A stretch of DNA of 24,000 bases from Candidatus Tisiphia endosymbiont of Melanophora roralis (GTDB lineage Bacteria > Pseudomonadota > Alphaproteobacteria > Rickettsiales > Rickettsiaceae): the NCBI RefSeq assembly GCF_964026575.1, contig NZ_OZ032161.1, positions 1,422,721 to 1,446,720 of the forward strand, in the 5' to 3' direction. The first letter of the stretch is position 1. Each line of letters begins with the position of its first letter. This document shows positions 1-8,500 of the stretch, piece after piece. The position numbers and the translations under genes were made by a program. Under the pieces are notes generated by a model, which saw nothing but the letters and a program-made list of their open reading frames with translations, had not been told where the DNA came from and did no database searches.

Positions 1-1261
1 TTAGCATTATAAATCTTATTATATCTTTACCTACCTCATTTGTTACATCTCGCACACTAGTAAAATTACCGCTACGTTTTGACATTTTTATAGCGATACC
101 GTTTTCAACAAAATTTACTAACTGGCAAATCTTAACATCAACTTTAACTTTTTCTCCACCAAGGGCTTTAACTATTGCCTCAATTCTTTTTACGTAACCA
201 CAATGATCTGCACCTAGAATATAAACTAGATGATCAAAACCACGATCTATTTTATCCTTAGCATAAGCTAAATCAGAGGCAAAATATGACCAACTACCGT
301 CAGATTTTTCTATTGGTCTATCTTGATTATCACCAAAAGCCGTAGATTTAAACAATTTCTGAGTTCTTGAATCCCAAGATTCATCTATTTTACCTTTAGG
401 GGGGGGCAACTGCCCCTCATATATTAGTCCCATTTTAGTAAGCATTTGTACAACTTCATCAATATTACCACTATCATGCAGTGACTTTTCCGAGAAGAAT
501 ACCTCGTGTTCAATATCTAGCTCCTTTAAATCCTGCTTAATTATAGCTAACATTTCTTCTATTGCAAAATCCTTAACGAGTTCATGACGTTGCCTATCGG
601 CCATTGTTAATAATTTATTACCAAATTTTTCCACCAACTTTTGTCCAATATCTGCCAAATATTCTCCAGGATAAAGCCCTTCTGGTATTACGATCTCTTC
701 TTTTGTTAATGCTTGTTTATAGCGTAAAATAACTGAATTAGCTAAGTCATCCACTTGAGAGCCGGCATCATTAAGGTAATATTCTTTGGTAACAATATAG
801 CCAGTACTATCTAGAACTTTGGCTAAAGCATCACCATAAACAGCACCTCTAGCATGACCAATATGCATAGGACCAGTTGGATTTGCAGATACATATTCAA
901 TATTAACCTTTTGATTATTACCAAAATTAATCTTAAAAAAATTCTCCTTATCCAACAATATGTCATTGATAGAGTTATGCCACATATCTGCTTTGATAGT
1001 AAAGTTAATAAATCCTGGACCAGCAACTTCTATAGATGCAATATATGGAAGAGGCGTTAATATTTCCTTAAATCTAATAGCTAGTTCCTTAGGTTTAATA
1101 TTTTGTTTTGCAGCGATAATCATAGCTATATTACTTGAAAGATCACCATTGAGATTATCTTTAGGAATTTCTATAGCCGCCAATTTTAACACATCTTCAT
1201 TATCGCATATTTGTCTAGCTGCACTAATGATATCGTCACGTAATTTATTAAATATATTCAT
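1..1261 (-). CDS. argS: Arginyl-tRNA synthetase, N-terminal ~420 aa; the C-terminus lies beyond the window edge
   Basis: The minus-strand frame is open from the ATG at 1261-1259 to position 1. It is missing from the ORF track because no stop falls in the window. My translation begins MNIFNKLRDDIISAARQI and contains the class I HIGH motif (SANPTGPMHIGHARGA) and KMSKRSG (KMSK loop). The start lies 3 nt after the stop of the upstream dgt-like gene. Confidence 0.9.
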   Translation of the reverse strand, partial: MNIFNKLRDDIISAARQICDNEDVLKLAAIEIPKDNLNGDLSSNIAMIIAAKQNIKPKELAIRFKEILTPLPYIASIEVAGPGFINFTIKADMWHNSINDILLDKENFFKINFGNNQKVNIEYVSANPTGPMHIGHARGAVYGDALAKVLDSTGYIVTKEYYLNDAGSQVDDLANSVILRYKQALTKEEIVIPEGLYPGEYLADIGQKLVEKFGNKLLTMADRQRHELVKDFAIEEMLAIIKQDLKELDIEHEVFFSEKSLHDSGNIDEVVQMLTKMGLIYEGQLPPPKGKIDESWDSRTQKLFKSTAFGDNQDRPIEKSDGSWSYFASDLAYAKDKIDRGFDHLVYILGADHCGYVKRIEAIVKALGGEKVKVDVKICQLVNFVENGIAIKMSKRSGNFTSVRDVTNEVGKDIIRFIML

Positions 1262-1264
1262 AAA

Positions 1265-2416
1265 TCAAATATTGTTAGAATTAAAGGAATAAAGAGCCTG
1301 ATATTCTTGAATAGCAAAGCGGTCAGTCATACCAGCTATATAATCTGCTACTATATCAGCCTTAGATTTTATATCCCCTGGTATAATTAATTCTTTCCAA
1401 CTAAATGGTAATAAATCAACATTATCCATATATACTCTAAATAACTCTTGTACAATTTTCTGACATTTTAAAGTTATAGAGGTCAGTTTATTATACCTAT
1501 ATACTTTATCATACAAGAATTGTTTAATTTCCATTATACGCTCTTTTGCTTTGTCAGTAAAATTAACAAGCTGATAATCAAGATGGCGTATATCATCGGT
1601 TGTGATTATTTTCTGTTTTTGTAAATTATTATTTGTTTGTAGCAGTAAATCAGCAATTAAATCGCTGATCAACTTACGCACTACTTCATAAATGAGTCGA
1701 GATGTTGTTATATTTTCAAATTGGGACTTAATTTCAAAAGCATATTGATCAATAAATTTAATTTCCGTTAGATGATTAAAGTCAATAATCTTGGCACCAA
1801 TACTATCTTCTAAATCATGGGAAATATAACTAATATCATCAGCTAACGAAGCAATTTGGGCTTCAGCTGAAGAATAATGAGTTAAATCAAGGTTATGTTG
1901 TAAATCATACTCTACTATATATTTAGGTATATTATTTATTAAAGGACCATTATGTTTCACAATTCCTTCTAGCACTTCCCATGTCAAATTTAATCCATCA
2001 TAAGCCGCATATCTTTTCTCTACTTTAGTAAGAATCTTTAATGAATGAGCATTATGGGAAAATCCACCATAATCTTCCATACATTTATTTAGTGCTATCT
2101 CCCCTGCATGACCGAAAGGAGTATGCCCAAGATCATGAGCAAGACCTATAGTCTCTGCTAAATCACTTGATAAATTAAGGGTTCTAGCAATAGAACGTGC
2201 AACCGTAGAAACTTCAATCGAATGAGTAAGGCGATTCCGATAATGATCCCCCTCGTGATTAATAAAAACCTGAGTTTTATATTGTAAACGTCTGAAAGCC
2301 TTTGAATGAATTATGCGATCCCTATCTCGTTCAAATTCATTTCTATAAGATGTAGGATATTCATTAAACAATCTCCCCCTAGTCTTGGCTGGATCTACTG
2401 CATATGAAGCAAGCAT
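1265..2416 (-). CDS. dgt: dGTP triphosphohydrolase-like HD-domain protein
   Basis: 383-aa ORF with the HD-domain signature ([16 protein letters not shown] ... [14 protein letters not shown]). The N-terminus (RGRLF.E....[19 protein letters not shown]) is typical of dGTPase family proteins. A GGAG lies about 7 nt upstream of the ATG. Confidence 0.85.
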   Translation of the reverse strand: MLASYAVDPAKTRGRLFNEYPTSYRNEFERDRDRIIHSKAFRRLQYKTQVFINHEGDHYRNRLTHSIEVSTVARSIARTLNLSSDLAETIGLAHDLGHTPFGHAGEIALNKCMEDYGGFSHNAHSLKILTKVEKRYAAYDGLNLTWEVLEGIVKHNGPLINNIPKYIVEYDLQHNLDLTHYSSAEAQIASLADDISYISHDLEDSIGAKIIDFNHLTEIKFIDQYAFEIKSQFENITTSRLIYEVVRKLISDLIADLLLQTNNNLQKQKIITTDDIRHLDYQLVNFTDKAKERIMEIKQFLYDKVYRYNKLTSITLKCQKIVQELFRVYMDNVDLLPFSWKELIIPGDIKSKADIVADYIAGMTDRFAIQEYQALYSFNSNNI

Positions 2417-2440
2417 ATATTAACTCCTATTTAATTTGAA

Positions 2441-2464
2441 TTCGATGTAACAAGTTACATCGAA
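2441..2464. repeat. Perfect 24-bp palindrome (11-bp arms, 2-nt spacer) in the dgt / erpA divergent spacer
   Basis: TTCGATGTAAC-AA-GTTACATCGAA read directly from the sequence, 25 nt upstream of the dgt start. Function is unknown; operator or hairpin are possibilities. Confidence 0.6.
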
Positions 2465-2478
2465 TGATGAAAAAAGTT

Positions 2479-2516
2479 AAAATGCACTCGCGTCAACCGC
2501 TTCAAGAGTGCATTTT
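2479..2516 (+). repeat. 38-nt hairpin repeat, family H, copy 1 (11-bp stem, 16-nt loop)
   Basis: AAAATGCACTC-GCGTCAACCGCTTCAA-GAGTGCATTTT. A second, inverted copy lies at 7873-7910. Confidence 0.75.
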
Positions 2517-2631
2517 TCCTTATAACAAAGCCAGTATAGAATTACCTAGCAAGCTTTTCAAGGTTTTTAAATGAAACTCTTGCAAAATTAGGTTTTTAGG
2601 ATTATTCTAATGGTCTTTATAATATAAGATT

Positions 2632-2964
2632 ATGTCAATAAAAGTTACTGATAATGCTTTTAAAAGAGTAGATGAGCTAATAAAACTAGAAAGTAATCCA
2701 AGTTTGGTTCTTAGAGTAGTTGTTGATGGTGGAGGCTGTTCTGGATTTGTTTATAAATACGCTCTCGTTCCAAGCAATGATATAACAAAAGATGACTGTA
2801 CTATAGAAAAAGATAATATTAAAGTAGTTATCGATGAAATATCTCAGCAGCTTATGGTTGATTGTATAATAGATTTTATCGAAGAATTAGGTAGTTCCTA
2901 TTTTGAAATTAGAAACCCCCTTGCAAAAAATAAGTGTGGGTGTGGTAATTCATTCTCTGTATAA
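2632..2964 (+). CDS. erpA: Iron-sulfur cluster insertion/assembly protein, HesB/IscA/ErpA family
   Basis: 110-aa ORF with the three conserved cysteines in family context (GGGCSGF ... CGCGNSF at the C-terminus). The size is typical of A-type Fe-S carriers. Confidence 0.85.
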   Translation: MSIKVTDNAFKRVDELIKLESNPSLVLRVVVDGGGCSGFVYKYALVPSNDITKDDCTIEKDNIKVVIDEISQQLMVDCIIDFIEELGSSYFEIRNPLAKNKCGCGNSFSV

Positions 2965-3031
2965 CTGTATATACTCAATTAACCTGAAGAGTTGGCAAAA
3001 TGATTAAAAGTTATAGTCTGAAATTGGTCAG

Positions 3032-3303
3032 TTATAAGAGTAAGCAAATTACCTTGGATTTATCAATATTAGCAAAAAATCTATCTATAGCTTCTGAGAA
3101 TTGAGCAAAATTATGGTAAAATTTATTATTTGTTACAATTCTATGCATAAATTTCCATAATCGTTCAATCGGATTAAGATTAGGGCTATAGGGAGGTAAA
3201 AATACTAATTCTATAGAAGGAATAGTATGTCCGAGTTCTTTATATTTCTCCCGTGGAGTTCTACCATAACTGTCGAAAGTTAGTAAATATAGCTTCCCTA
3301 TAC
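3032..3303 (-). pseudogene. IS630-family (Tc1/mariner-like) transposase remnant, C-terminal ~90 codons only
   Basis: Minus-strand translation: GKLYLLTFDSYGRTPREKYKELGHTIPSIELVFLPPYSPNLNPIERLWKFMHRIVTNNKFYHNFAQFSEAIDRFFANIDKSKVICLLL*. The LPPYSP.LNPIE..W block is the hallmark of the IS630 catalytic C-terminus. There is no start codon or N-terminal DNA-binding part. The frame closes (TGA) where the 146-bp repeat begins at 3309. Confidence 0.7.
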
Positions 3304-3308
3304 ATCAT

Positions 3309-3454
3309 TAGACTTCTTTCGAAACTCGCTTATGCTGAGGGATTTGAAGGAGACGCGGAACGCAGAACCGCAGCGTACTCTAATGTACGTGAGGATTCGA
3401 GTACCGCATCGACGTACAAATCACCAGCAGAAGTAGAGTTTCGAAAGAAGTCTA
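3309..3454 (+). repeat. 146-bp palindromic element, RPE-1-like, copy A
   Basis: 19-nt terminal inverted repeats TAGACTTCTTTCGAAACTC / GAGTTTCGAAAGAAGTCTA with a GC-richer core. It is colinear over its full length with the inverted copy at 17124-17269, sharing the core ACCGCAGCGTACTC..GTACGTGAGGATTCGAGT..ACCAGCAGAAGTAGA. Confidence 0.85.
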
Positions 3455-3576
3455 TTGCGAGGAGTTGCGAAAAAGCGGCGACGCGGCAATCCAAGATACG
3501 CAAAGCGTTACTCTAAAAAAACAGCCTAGCTGTTTACCTAGATCGCTACGGCATCTAAAGAGCCTTGCTATAACGA
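3452..3576. repeat. Degenerate second palindromic element (ATTGCGAGGAG...GGCAATCC type) abutting copy A
   Basis: The left end CTATTGCGAGGAGTTGCGAAAAAGCGGCGACGCGGCAATCC resembles the left arm of the element at 15890-15973 (TCATTGCGAG...GTGGCAATCC). The right arm is eroded (…GCCTTGCTATAACGA). It contains a short hairpin AAACAGC-CTA-GCTGTTT at 3518-3535. Confidence 0.4.
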
Positions 3577-3610
3577 TTATAGAAAAATTTAGGGTACTAT
3601 GGTCACGATG

Positions 3611-4582
3611 TTAAAAGAATTTTCCATAAAATTCCATGATCTTTTCTTTAACCTGAATTGGATCAGTCATCATATTAACCCCTCCTCTAAATTCAGCTGA
3701 GTTTGCTAAACCACTACTATACCAACCTATATGTTTTCTAGCTAGCTGAACAGCTGTATCATTTCCATAATACTCTAACATAGCATCATAATGACTCAGT
3801 ATTATTTCTAGCTGCTCTGCTATTGAAGGTGGCGGGAGTTCTTCTCCGGTTTTAAGATAATGTGCTATTTGAGAAATAAACCATGGTCTACCATATACTC
3901 CCCGACCAACCATTATGCCATCAGCACCTGATTTTTGTAAGCATTCCTTGGCTTTAGACAAAGAAGTAATATCTCCATTAGCGATAACTGGAATCCTCAC
4001 CACATCTTTAACTTGCCTTATAAACTCCCAATCTGCTTGACCTGAATAAAACTGGCATCTTGTTCTGCCATGAATGGTGATCATTTGCACTCCAACATCA
4101 TAGGCTATTTTTGCTAAATTTGGAGCATTCTTAGTTTGCTCATCCCAACCAGTTCGCATTTTTAAAGTTACTGGGATTTTGACAGATTTTACCGTAGTTT
4201 CTAAAATTTTTGCAGCTAATTTCTCATCTCTCATTAAAGCTGAGCCAGAATATCCTCCTACTACTTTCTTAGCTGGACAACCAAAGTTTAAATCAATAAT
4301 CTTTGCCCCCATATCCTCATTCATTTTAGCTGATTCTGCTATTATATCAGGTTCGCACCCAGCAATCTGTACACATGAACCAGTAGCATCGTCCCCAATA
4401 ATCGCACATCTTTGCAAAGATTGTCTTGTTTCAATAATCATCGCTCTACTTGCCACCATTTCAGAAACGACAAGTCCTGCACCAAATTTTTTCACTAACT
4501 TTCTAAATGGTAGATCAGTAACACCAGACATTGGAGCTAATATCACCGGATGAGGTAGCTGAATATTGCCTATTTTTATCAT
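3611..4582 (-). CDS. dusB: tRNA-dihydrouridine synthase (Dus / NifR3 family)
   Basis: 323-aa ORF with the Dus N-terminus (ILAPMSGVTDLPFR), the catalytic-Cys context (IDLNFGCPAKKV) and the FMN-binding TIM-barrel motifs (ITIHGRTR ... IPVIANGDI). Confidence 0.85.
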   Translation of the reverse strand: MIKIGNIQLPHPVILAPMSGVTDLPFRKLVKKFGAGLVVSEMVASRAMIIETRQSLQRCAIIGDDATGSCVQIAGCEPDIIAESAKMNEDMGAKIIDLNFGCPAKKVVGGYSGSALMRDEKLAAKILETTVKSVKIPVTLKMRTGWDEQTKNAPNLAKIAYDVGVQMITIHGRTRCQFYSGQADWEFIRQVKDVVRIPVIANGDITSLSKAKECLQKSGADGIMVGRGVYGRPWFISQIAHYLKTGEELPPPSIAEQLEIILSHYDAMLEYYGNDTAVQLARKHIGWYSSGLANSAEFRGGVNMMTDPIQVKEKIMEFYGKFF

Positions 4583-4756
4583 AAATATATTTTCATTACT
4601 TTAAGTAGCTTTTAATTATAGAATAATTATTATAAATTATCATAAGATACCACAAACTAATGCTATCACTAAGAAAAATTTTTAGTATTATCTGCAGGAT
4701 ATTGTTATATAATATTATTGAGCATTATTGTTGAGTATTTTCAGCCAAGAAATTAT

Positions 4757-5257
4757 GTCATGAAAATCAATGTAGAGATTATTCGAGCTTGTCAAGATTG
4801 GAAAAATCAAAAATTTATTAATAAACTATTAGTGAAGAAGGTTGTTGGTGCTATACTGAGTAAATATAAGAATTTTAAGAGAGTTGCAGAGTTTGAGTTA
4901 GCAATATTACTGACTAATAATAATGAAATGTTGAATTTGAATAGCCAATTTCGTGGCAAAGCAAAAGCTACAAATGTACTATCATTTCCTGATATAGAAT
5001 TAGACTTTCGGCATTTACTTGAATTTACTCCTAATGTACATTGTATGTATTTGGGGGACATAGCTTTTGGCTATGAAATAATTCAAAACGAAGCTATAAG
5101 TCAAAATAAAGCCTTTGGAGACCATTTTGTCCATCTTTTGGTACATAGTATTTTACATTTACTTGGATTCAATCACCAAGATGACGAGGAAGCAGATATT
5201 ATGGAAAATTTAGAAATAGAAATATTAAAGGGTTTTGCTATTGCCTCTCCATATTAG
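4757..5257 (+). CDS. ybeY: Endoribonuclease YbeY (rRNA maturation factor)
   Basis: Zinc-binding HxxxHxxxxxH motif (VHSILHLLGFNH) near the C-terminus and YbeY-like size. The track ORF starts at a TTG at 4718; I prefer the ATG at 4757 (MKINVEII...). Confidence 0.8.
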   Translation, partial: VMKINVEIIRACQDWKNQKFINKLLVKKVVGAILSKYKNFKRVAEFELAILLTNNNEMLNLNSQFRGKAKATNVLSFPDIELDFRHLLEFTPNVHCMYLGDIAFGYEIIQNEAISQNKAFGDHFVHLLVHSILHLLGFNHQDDEEADIMENLEIEILKGFAIASPY

Positions 5258-5314
5258 GTTCTGTCCACTTCTTCGAAAAAAGAAAACCTTACATCTATTC
5301 ATTCTAAAAGGGCT

Positions 5315-6196
5315 ATGCTGAAAAATCCTTCAAAAATTATTACTCTTAAATCTTTTTTCTCTCGGCTGTTTTCTAAAGAGAAGCTAGAGGATAATTTTTA
5401 TGATGCAATTAAAAAGCTAAAATCTAACAGTAAAAAAATGACGTTAGAAGAAAAAAAGATTTTTATGAATCTTCTGAAATTTGGTCATAAAACTGTAGAA
5501 GATGTAATGATCCCTAGATCTGATATTAAGGCAGTAAAATTAACTGCCAGTATAGATGAGTTAAGCCAAATGCTTAATAGCAGAATACCTAATACTAGAA
5601 CATTAGTTTATGATGAAACTTTGGATAATATAGTTGGCTTTATTCATATAAAAGATTTGTTCAAGATACTTGTTACTAAGCAACTTATTACAAATCAAGA
5701 ATTGCAGCTAAAAAAAATAATTCGTAAACCTATCATCTCTGCTCATTCAATGAAATTGATAGATTTACTAGCAAAAATGCGAAGAGATCGTGTACAGATA
5801 TCGATAGTTGTGGATGAGTATGGTGGAACTGACGGTATTGTAACCATGGAAGATATTATGGAGGAGATAGTTGGCAGAATAAATGATGAGCATGATAAGA
5901 AATCAGATAATGATAGTTTCAGAATTATCAATAATAATACTATTTTATCAAATGCTCGAGTGAAAGTTGAGGATCTTGAATCAGCTCTAGGTGTGAAACT
6001 AAAACTCCAAAATGATGAATTCGATACAATTGGTGGTCTAGTCTTAGCAAAAGTAGGTAATGTCCCTTTGGTTGGTACTAAAATTGATATTGAGCAGCAG
6101 GTTGAACTTGAAGTGATTGATGCAAGCCCAAGATCACTTAAGCAAGTTAAGCTGCGGTTAAAAAATGGTACAATATTACATGATAATACCTTATGA
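5315..6196 (+). CDS. tlyC: CBS-pair plus CorC/HlyC transporter-associated domain protein (hemolysin C / CorC family)
   Basis: 293-aa ORF with a CBS-domain region ([14 protein letters not shown] ... [10 protein letters not shown] ... [22 protein letters not shown]) and a CorC_HlyC C-terminus. It sits directly downstream of ybeY, as in the conserved ybeY-ybeX arrangement. Confidence 0.85.
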   Translation: MLKNPSKIITLKSFFSRLFSKEKLEDNFYDAIKKLKSNSKKMTLEEKKIFMNLLKFGHKTVEDVMIPRSDIKAVKLTASIDELSQMLNSRIPNTRTLVYDETLDNIVGFIHIKDLFKILVTKQLITNQELQLKKIIRKPIISAHSMKLIDLLAKMRRDRVQISIVVDEYGGTDGIVTMEDIMEEIVGRINDEHDKKSDNDSFRIINNNTILSNARVKVEDLESALGVKLKLQNDEFDTIGGLVLAKVGNVPLVGTKIDIEQQVELEVIDASPRSLKQVKLRLKNGTILHDNTL

Positions 6197-7827
6197 TTAT
6201 TACAACTAATTTGGCCATGAGCTATGGTGCAAAAATATTATTTACCGACGTAAATGTTCATATCAAAAATGGTAATAGATATGGGCTTGTTGGGGCAAAT
6301 GGTGCTGGTAAATCCACGTTCTTTAAGATTTTGCTTCAAGAGGAAGAGGCTAGTATCGGAGAATTTACCTGTATCAAAAATGCACGTATAGGATGTTTAA
6401 AGCAGGATCAATTTCTTTATGAAAATACCTCAATTATTAATACCGTTATTGCCGGTAGAAGTGAATTATGGCAAGCACTGCAAGAAAAAGAAAAATTATT
6501 AGCAATTGATCAATGTGATGAGGAAATAGGTTATCGATTAGGTGAGTTGGAACAAATTATAGCTGACAATGATGGATATATATCAGAAATTTTTGCAGTT
6601 GAGTTACTGCTTGGTTTAGGAATACAAGAAAAATATCATCTTCAGCCTTTATCCGTTCTATCCGGCGGCTATAAACTTAGGGTACTCTTAGCCCAAAGTT
6701 TATTCAATAATCCTGATATATTGTTACTTGATGAGCCAACAAACCATCTTGATATAGTCTCAATTTATTGGCTAGAAAATTATCTAAAACAGAAATTCAA
6801 AGGTGCTTTGGTATTTATTTCACACGATCTTGTTTTTCTTAATAATATTTCTACACATATTCTTGATATAGATTATGGTACTATCAAGATTTATACTGGT
6901 AATTATGATATTTTTGTTCGTGATAAACAGTTGGTTACCGAACAAAAGCTTAAAGAATTTTCTCATTTAGAGAAAAAAATTGCTACTATGCAGAGTTTCG
7001 TTGACCGGTTTAGAGCGTTGGCTACTAGGGCTAGGCAAGCTGCATCACGAGAAAAACAAATAGAAAAAATGGAATTACCTGACATCCAAGAAAGTTCGCG
7101 TGTTAGTCCATATTTTAATTTTAAGCAAAAAAGACCATCTGGAAAATTAGTGTTAAAAGTTCAGGGTATTTCTAAAAGCTACGAGGATAAAAAAATATTA
7201 AATAATGTGAATTTTACTGTCTCACGTGGAGAAAAAATTATTATTATTGGTCCAAATGGTATTGGTAAATCCACTTTGCTTAAGATTCTTATTAATAAAA
7301 TTTCTGCTGATTTAGGAAGTTATGAATGGGGTTATGAAACGCAAGTTTCTTATTTTGCTCAGGATCATCATGAATTACTAAATGAAAGTATGAGTGTTAT
7401 TGATTGGTTATCCGACCAAATACCTACTGAAAGTGATAATGTGCTACGTAATGTACTAGGTCAATTATTATTCCGTAAAGATGAAGTAAGTAAGAATATT
7501 CTAAATTTAAGTGGAGGGGAAGGAGCACGTTTATTACTAGCAAAAATTATATTGGAAGAAAGTAATATATTGATATTAGATGAGCCAACTAACCACTTAG
7601 ATATTGAATCTAAGGATATGTTAAAAAAAGCTCTAATTAACTATCAAGGAACTCTAATATTAGTAACTCATGATCGAGATTTTGCTAGCAATATAGCCAC
7701 AAGGGTTATTGCTCTATCCCACCGAACTATCACTGATTTTAAAGGTAAATATCAGGAATATTTGCATAAATATGGTAATGATTATTTGGATAGTAGTTGG
7801 GTGTTGGCAAATAAGAGAGTGAAATAG
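6193..7827 (+). CDS. ABC-F family ATPase (two nucleotide-binding domains, no membrane domain)
   Basis: 544-aa ORF with two Walker A motifs ([18 protein letters not shown]), two ABC signatures ([18 protein letters not shown]) and two Walker B motifs ([22 protein letters not shown]), joined by a charged linker. Its start overlaps the tlyC stop by 4 nt (ATGA). Confidence 0.85.
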   Translation: MIITTNLAMSYGAKILFTDVNVHIKNGNRYGLVGANGAGKSTFFKILLQEEEASIGEFTCIKNARIGCLKQDQFLYENTSIINTVIAGRSELWQALQEKEKLLAIDQCDEEIGYRLGELEQIIADNDGYISEIFAVELLLGLGIQEKYHLQPLSVLSGGYKLRVLLAQSLFNNPDILLLDEPTNHLDIVSIYWLENYLKQKFKGALVFISHDLVFLNNISTHILDIDYGTIKIYTGNYDIFVRDKQLVTEQKLKEFSHLEKKIATMQSFVDRFRALATRARQAASREKQIEKMELPDIQESSRVSPYFNFKQKRPSGKLVLKVQGISKSYEDKKILNNVNFTVSRGEKIIIIGPNGIGKSTLLKILINKISADLGSYEWGYETQVSYFAQDHHELLNESMSVIDWLSDQIPTESDNVLRNVLGQLLFRKDEVSKNILNLSGGEGARLLLAKIILEESNILILDEPTNHLDIESKDMLKKALINYQGTLILVTHDRDFASNIATRVIALSHRTITDFKGKYQEYLHKYGNDYLDSSWVLANKRVK

Positions 7828-7872
7828 TATAGTAAACTCAGGTTACTTTAGCAATTGCCTTTAATATAAGGA

Positions 7873-7910
7873 AAAATGCATTCTTAAAGCGGCTAACGCG
7901 AATGCATTTT
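7873..7910 (-). repeat. 38-nt hairpin repeat, family H, copy 2 (inverted relative to copy 1)
   Basis: AAAATGCATTC-TTAAAGCGGCTAACGC-GAATGCATTTT. Its reverse complement matches 2479-2516 at 33 of 38 positions, and the two stem differences are complementary to each other. Confidence 0.75.
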
Positions 7911-7923
7911 AAACCTTTCTAAA

Positions 7924-7965
7924 GCTAAAAACATGATTTTAAAAGATTAAAATCATGTTTTTAGC
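7924..7965. repeat. Perfect 18-bp-arm palindrome (42 nt)
   Basis: GCTAAAAACATGATTTTA-AAAGAT-TAAAATCATGTTTTTAGC read directly. It lies in the spacer between the ABC-F gene and rsfS. Confidence 0.7.
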
Positions 7966-7980
7966 AAAATATTAATTTAA

Positions 7981-8016
7981 CAATCAGATGCAGAGCCGTC
8001 TCAAATCTGATTGTTT
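7981..8016 (+). terminator. Possible hairpin terminator (9-bp stem followed by TTT)
   Basis: CAATCAGAT-15 nt-ATCTGATTG followed by TTTCC. The stem is AT-rich and lies about 150 nt past the ABC-F stop, so this call is weak. Confidence 0.3.
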
Positions 8017-8025
8017 CCATAATTT

Positions 8026-8075
8026 CACCGAATTTGGGATAAGAATTGATAAATTCTTATCCCAAATTCGCGTAA
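8026..8075 (+). repeat. ~50-nt palindromic element, family P, copy 1
   Basis: CACC-GAATTTGGGATAAGAATT-GATA-AATTCTTATCCCAAATTC-GCGTAA with 18-bp perfect arms. It ends 12 nt before the rsfS ATG, and the GGAG Shine-Dalgarno sequence follows immediately. Confidence 0.85.
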
Positions 8076-8087
8076 TTGGAGATAATT

Positions 8088-8417
8088 ATGATAGAAAATA
8101 CTGAACTATTGAAAGAGTTTGTGGTTAAATGTTTAGAAGAAAAAAAAGCAGAAGATATAATAGTAATAGATATAAGACAAAAAACTACATTAGCTGAATA
8201 TATTATTTTTGCAAGCGGGCGTTCAACTAAAAATGTTGGAGCAATTGCTGAATATTTAGCTTTAGAGTTAAAACATCAAGCTAATATCGATACTAATATT
8301 GAAGGACTTGGAACATCTGAATGGGTATTAATAGATGCTGGAAATATATTAGTTAATATTTTCTATCCAGAAACTAGAGAATATTTTAAGTTGGAAGAGA
8401 TGTGGAGCAAAAAATAA
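8088..8417 (+). CDS. rsfS: Ribosomal silencing factor RsfS (Iojap family)
   Basis: Small ORF with an RsfS-type core (AEDIIVIDI ... ADYIIFASGRS ... WVLIDAGNILVNIFYPETREYFKLEEMW). I prefer the ATG at 8088, which has a GGAG 6 nt upstream, over the TTG at 8076 used by the track. Confidence 0.85.
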   Translation: MIENTELLKEFVVKCLEEKKAEDIIVIDIRQKTTLAEYIIFASGRSTKNVGAIAEYLALELKHQANIDTNIEGLGTSEWVLIDAGNILVNIFYPETREYFKLEEMWSKK

Positions 8418-8500
8418 ATTAAAAATATTAGATTTTTTACTGAAAACTACTTAGTGTATTTAAAAAATAATGTATTAATACTTCTAGGGAAAAGGTGTAA

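Noticed and set aside
823-1292. Track ORFs 823..1026(-), 854..1060(+) and 960..1292(+)
   Set aside because: All lie inside or against the long open argS frame on the minus strand (1..1261), which has clear HIGH and KMSK motifs. They are off-frame or antisense, hydrophobic low-complexity translations of AT-rich coding DNA.
3253-3516. 87-aa ORF (+) spanning the IS630 remnant, the 146-bp element and the next palindromic element
   Set aside because: It starts at a GTG inside the antisense of the transposase remnant, and its sequence is essentially the read-through frame of repeats. It is better explained as a repeat-derived ORF than as a gene. The same applies to 17080..17304(-) across copy B.
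4179-4553. Antisense ORFs inside well-supported genes: 4179..4553, 4807..5061, 5743..5931, 8923..9309, 10320..10553, 11898..12107, 14224..14409, 14804..14998, 16509..16766, 17655..17849 and 21378..21911
   Set aside because: Each is fully embedded in a longer ORF with clear family motifs, either on the opposite strand or in another frame. None has a recognisable motif.
4718-4756. Upstream TTG or GTG starts used by the ORF track for ybeY (4718), rsfS (8076) and the P-loop gene (19933)
   Set aside because: In each case an in-frame ATG lies 4-13 codons downstream. For rsfS that ATG has a well-spaced GGAG Shine-Dalgarno sequence. The extensions add non-conserved-looking residues.
7873-8075. Possible CRISPR array, suggested by several closely spaced palindromic repeats
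   Set aside because: The four palindromes have different sequences and lengths, are irregularly spaced, and no cas genes are present. This is not an array.
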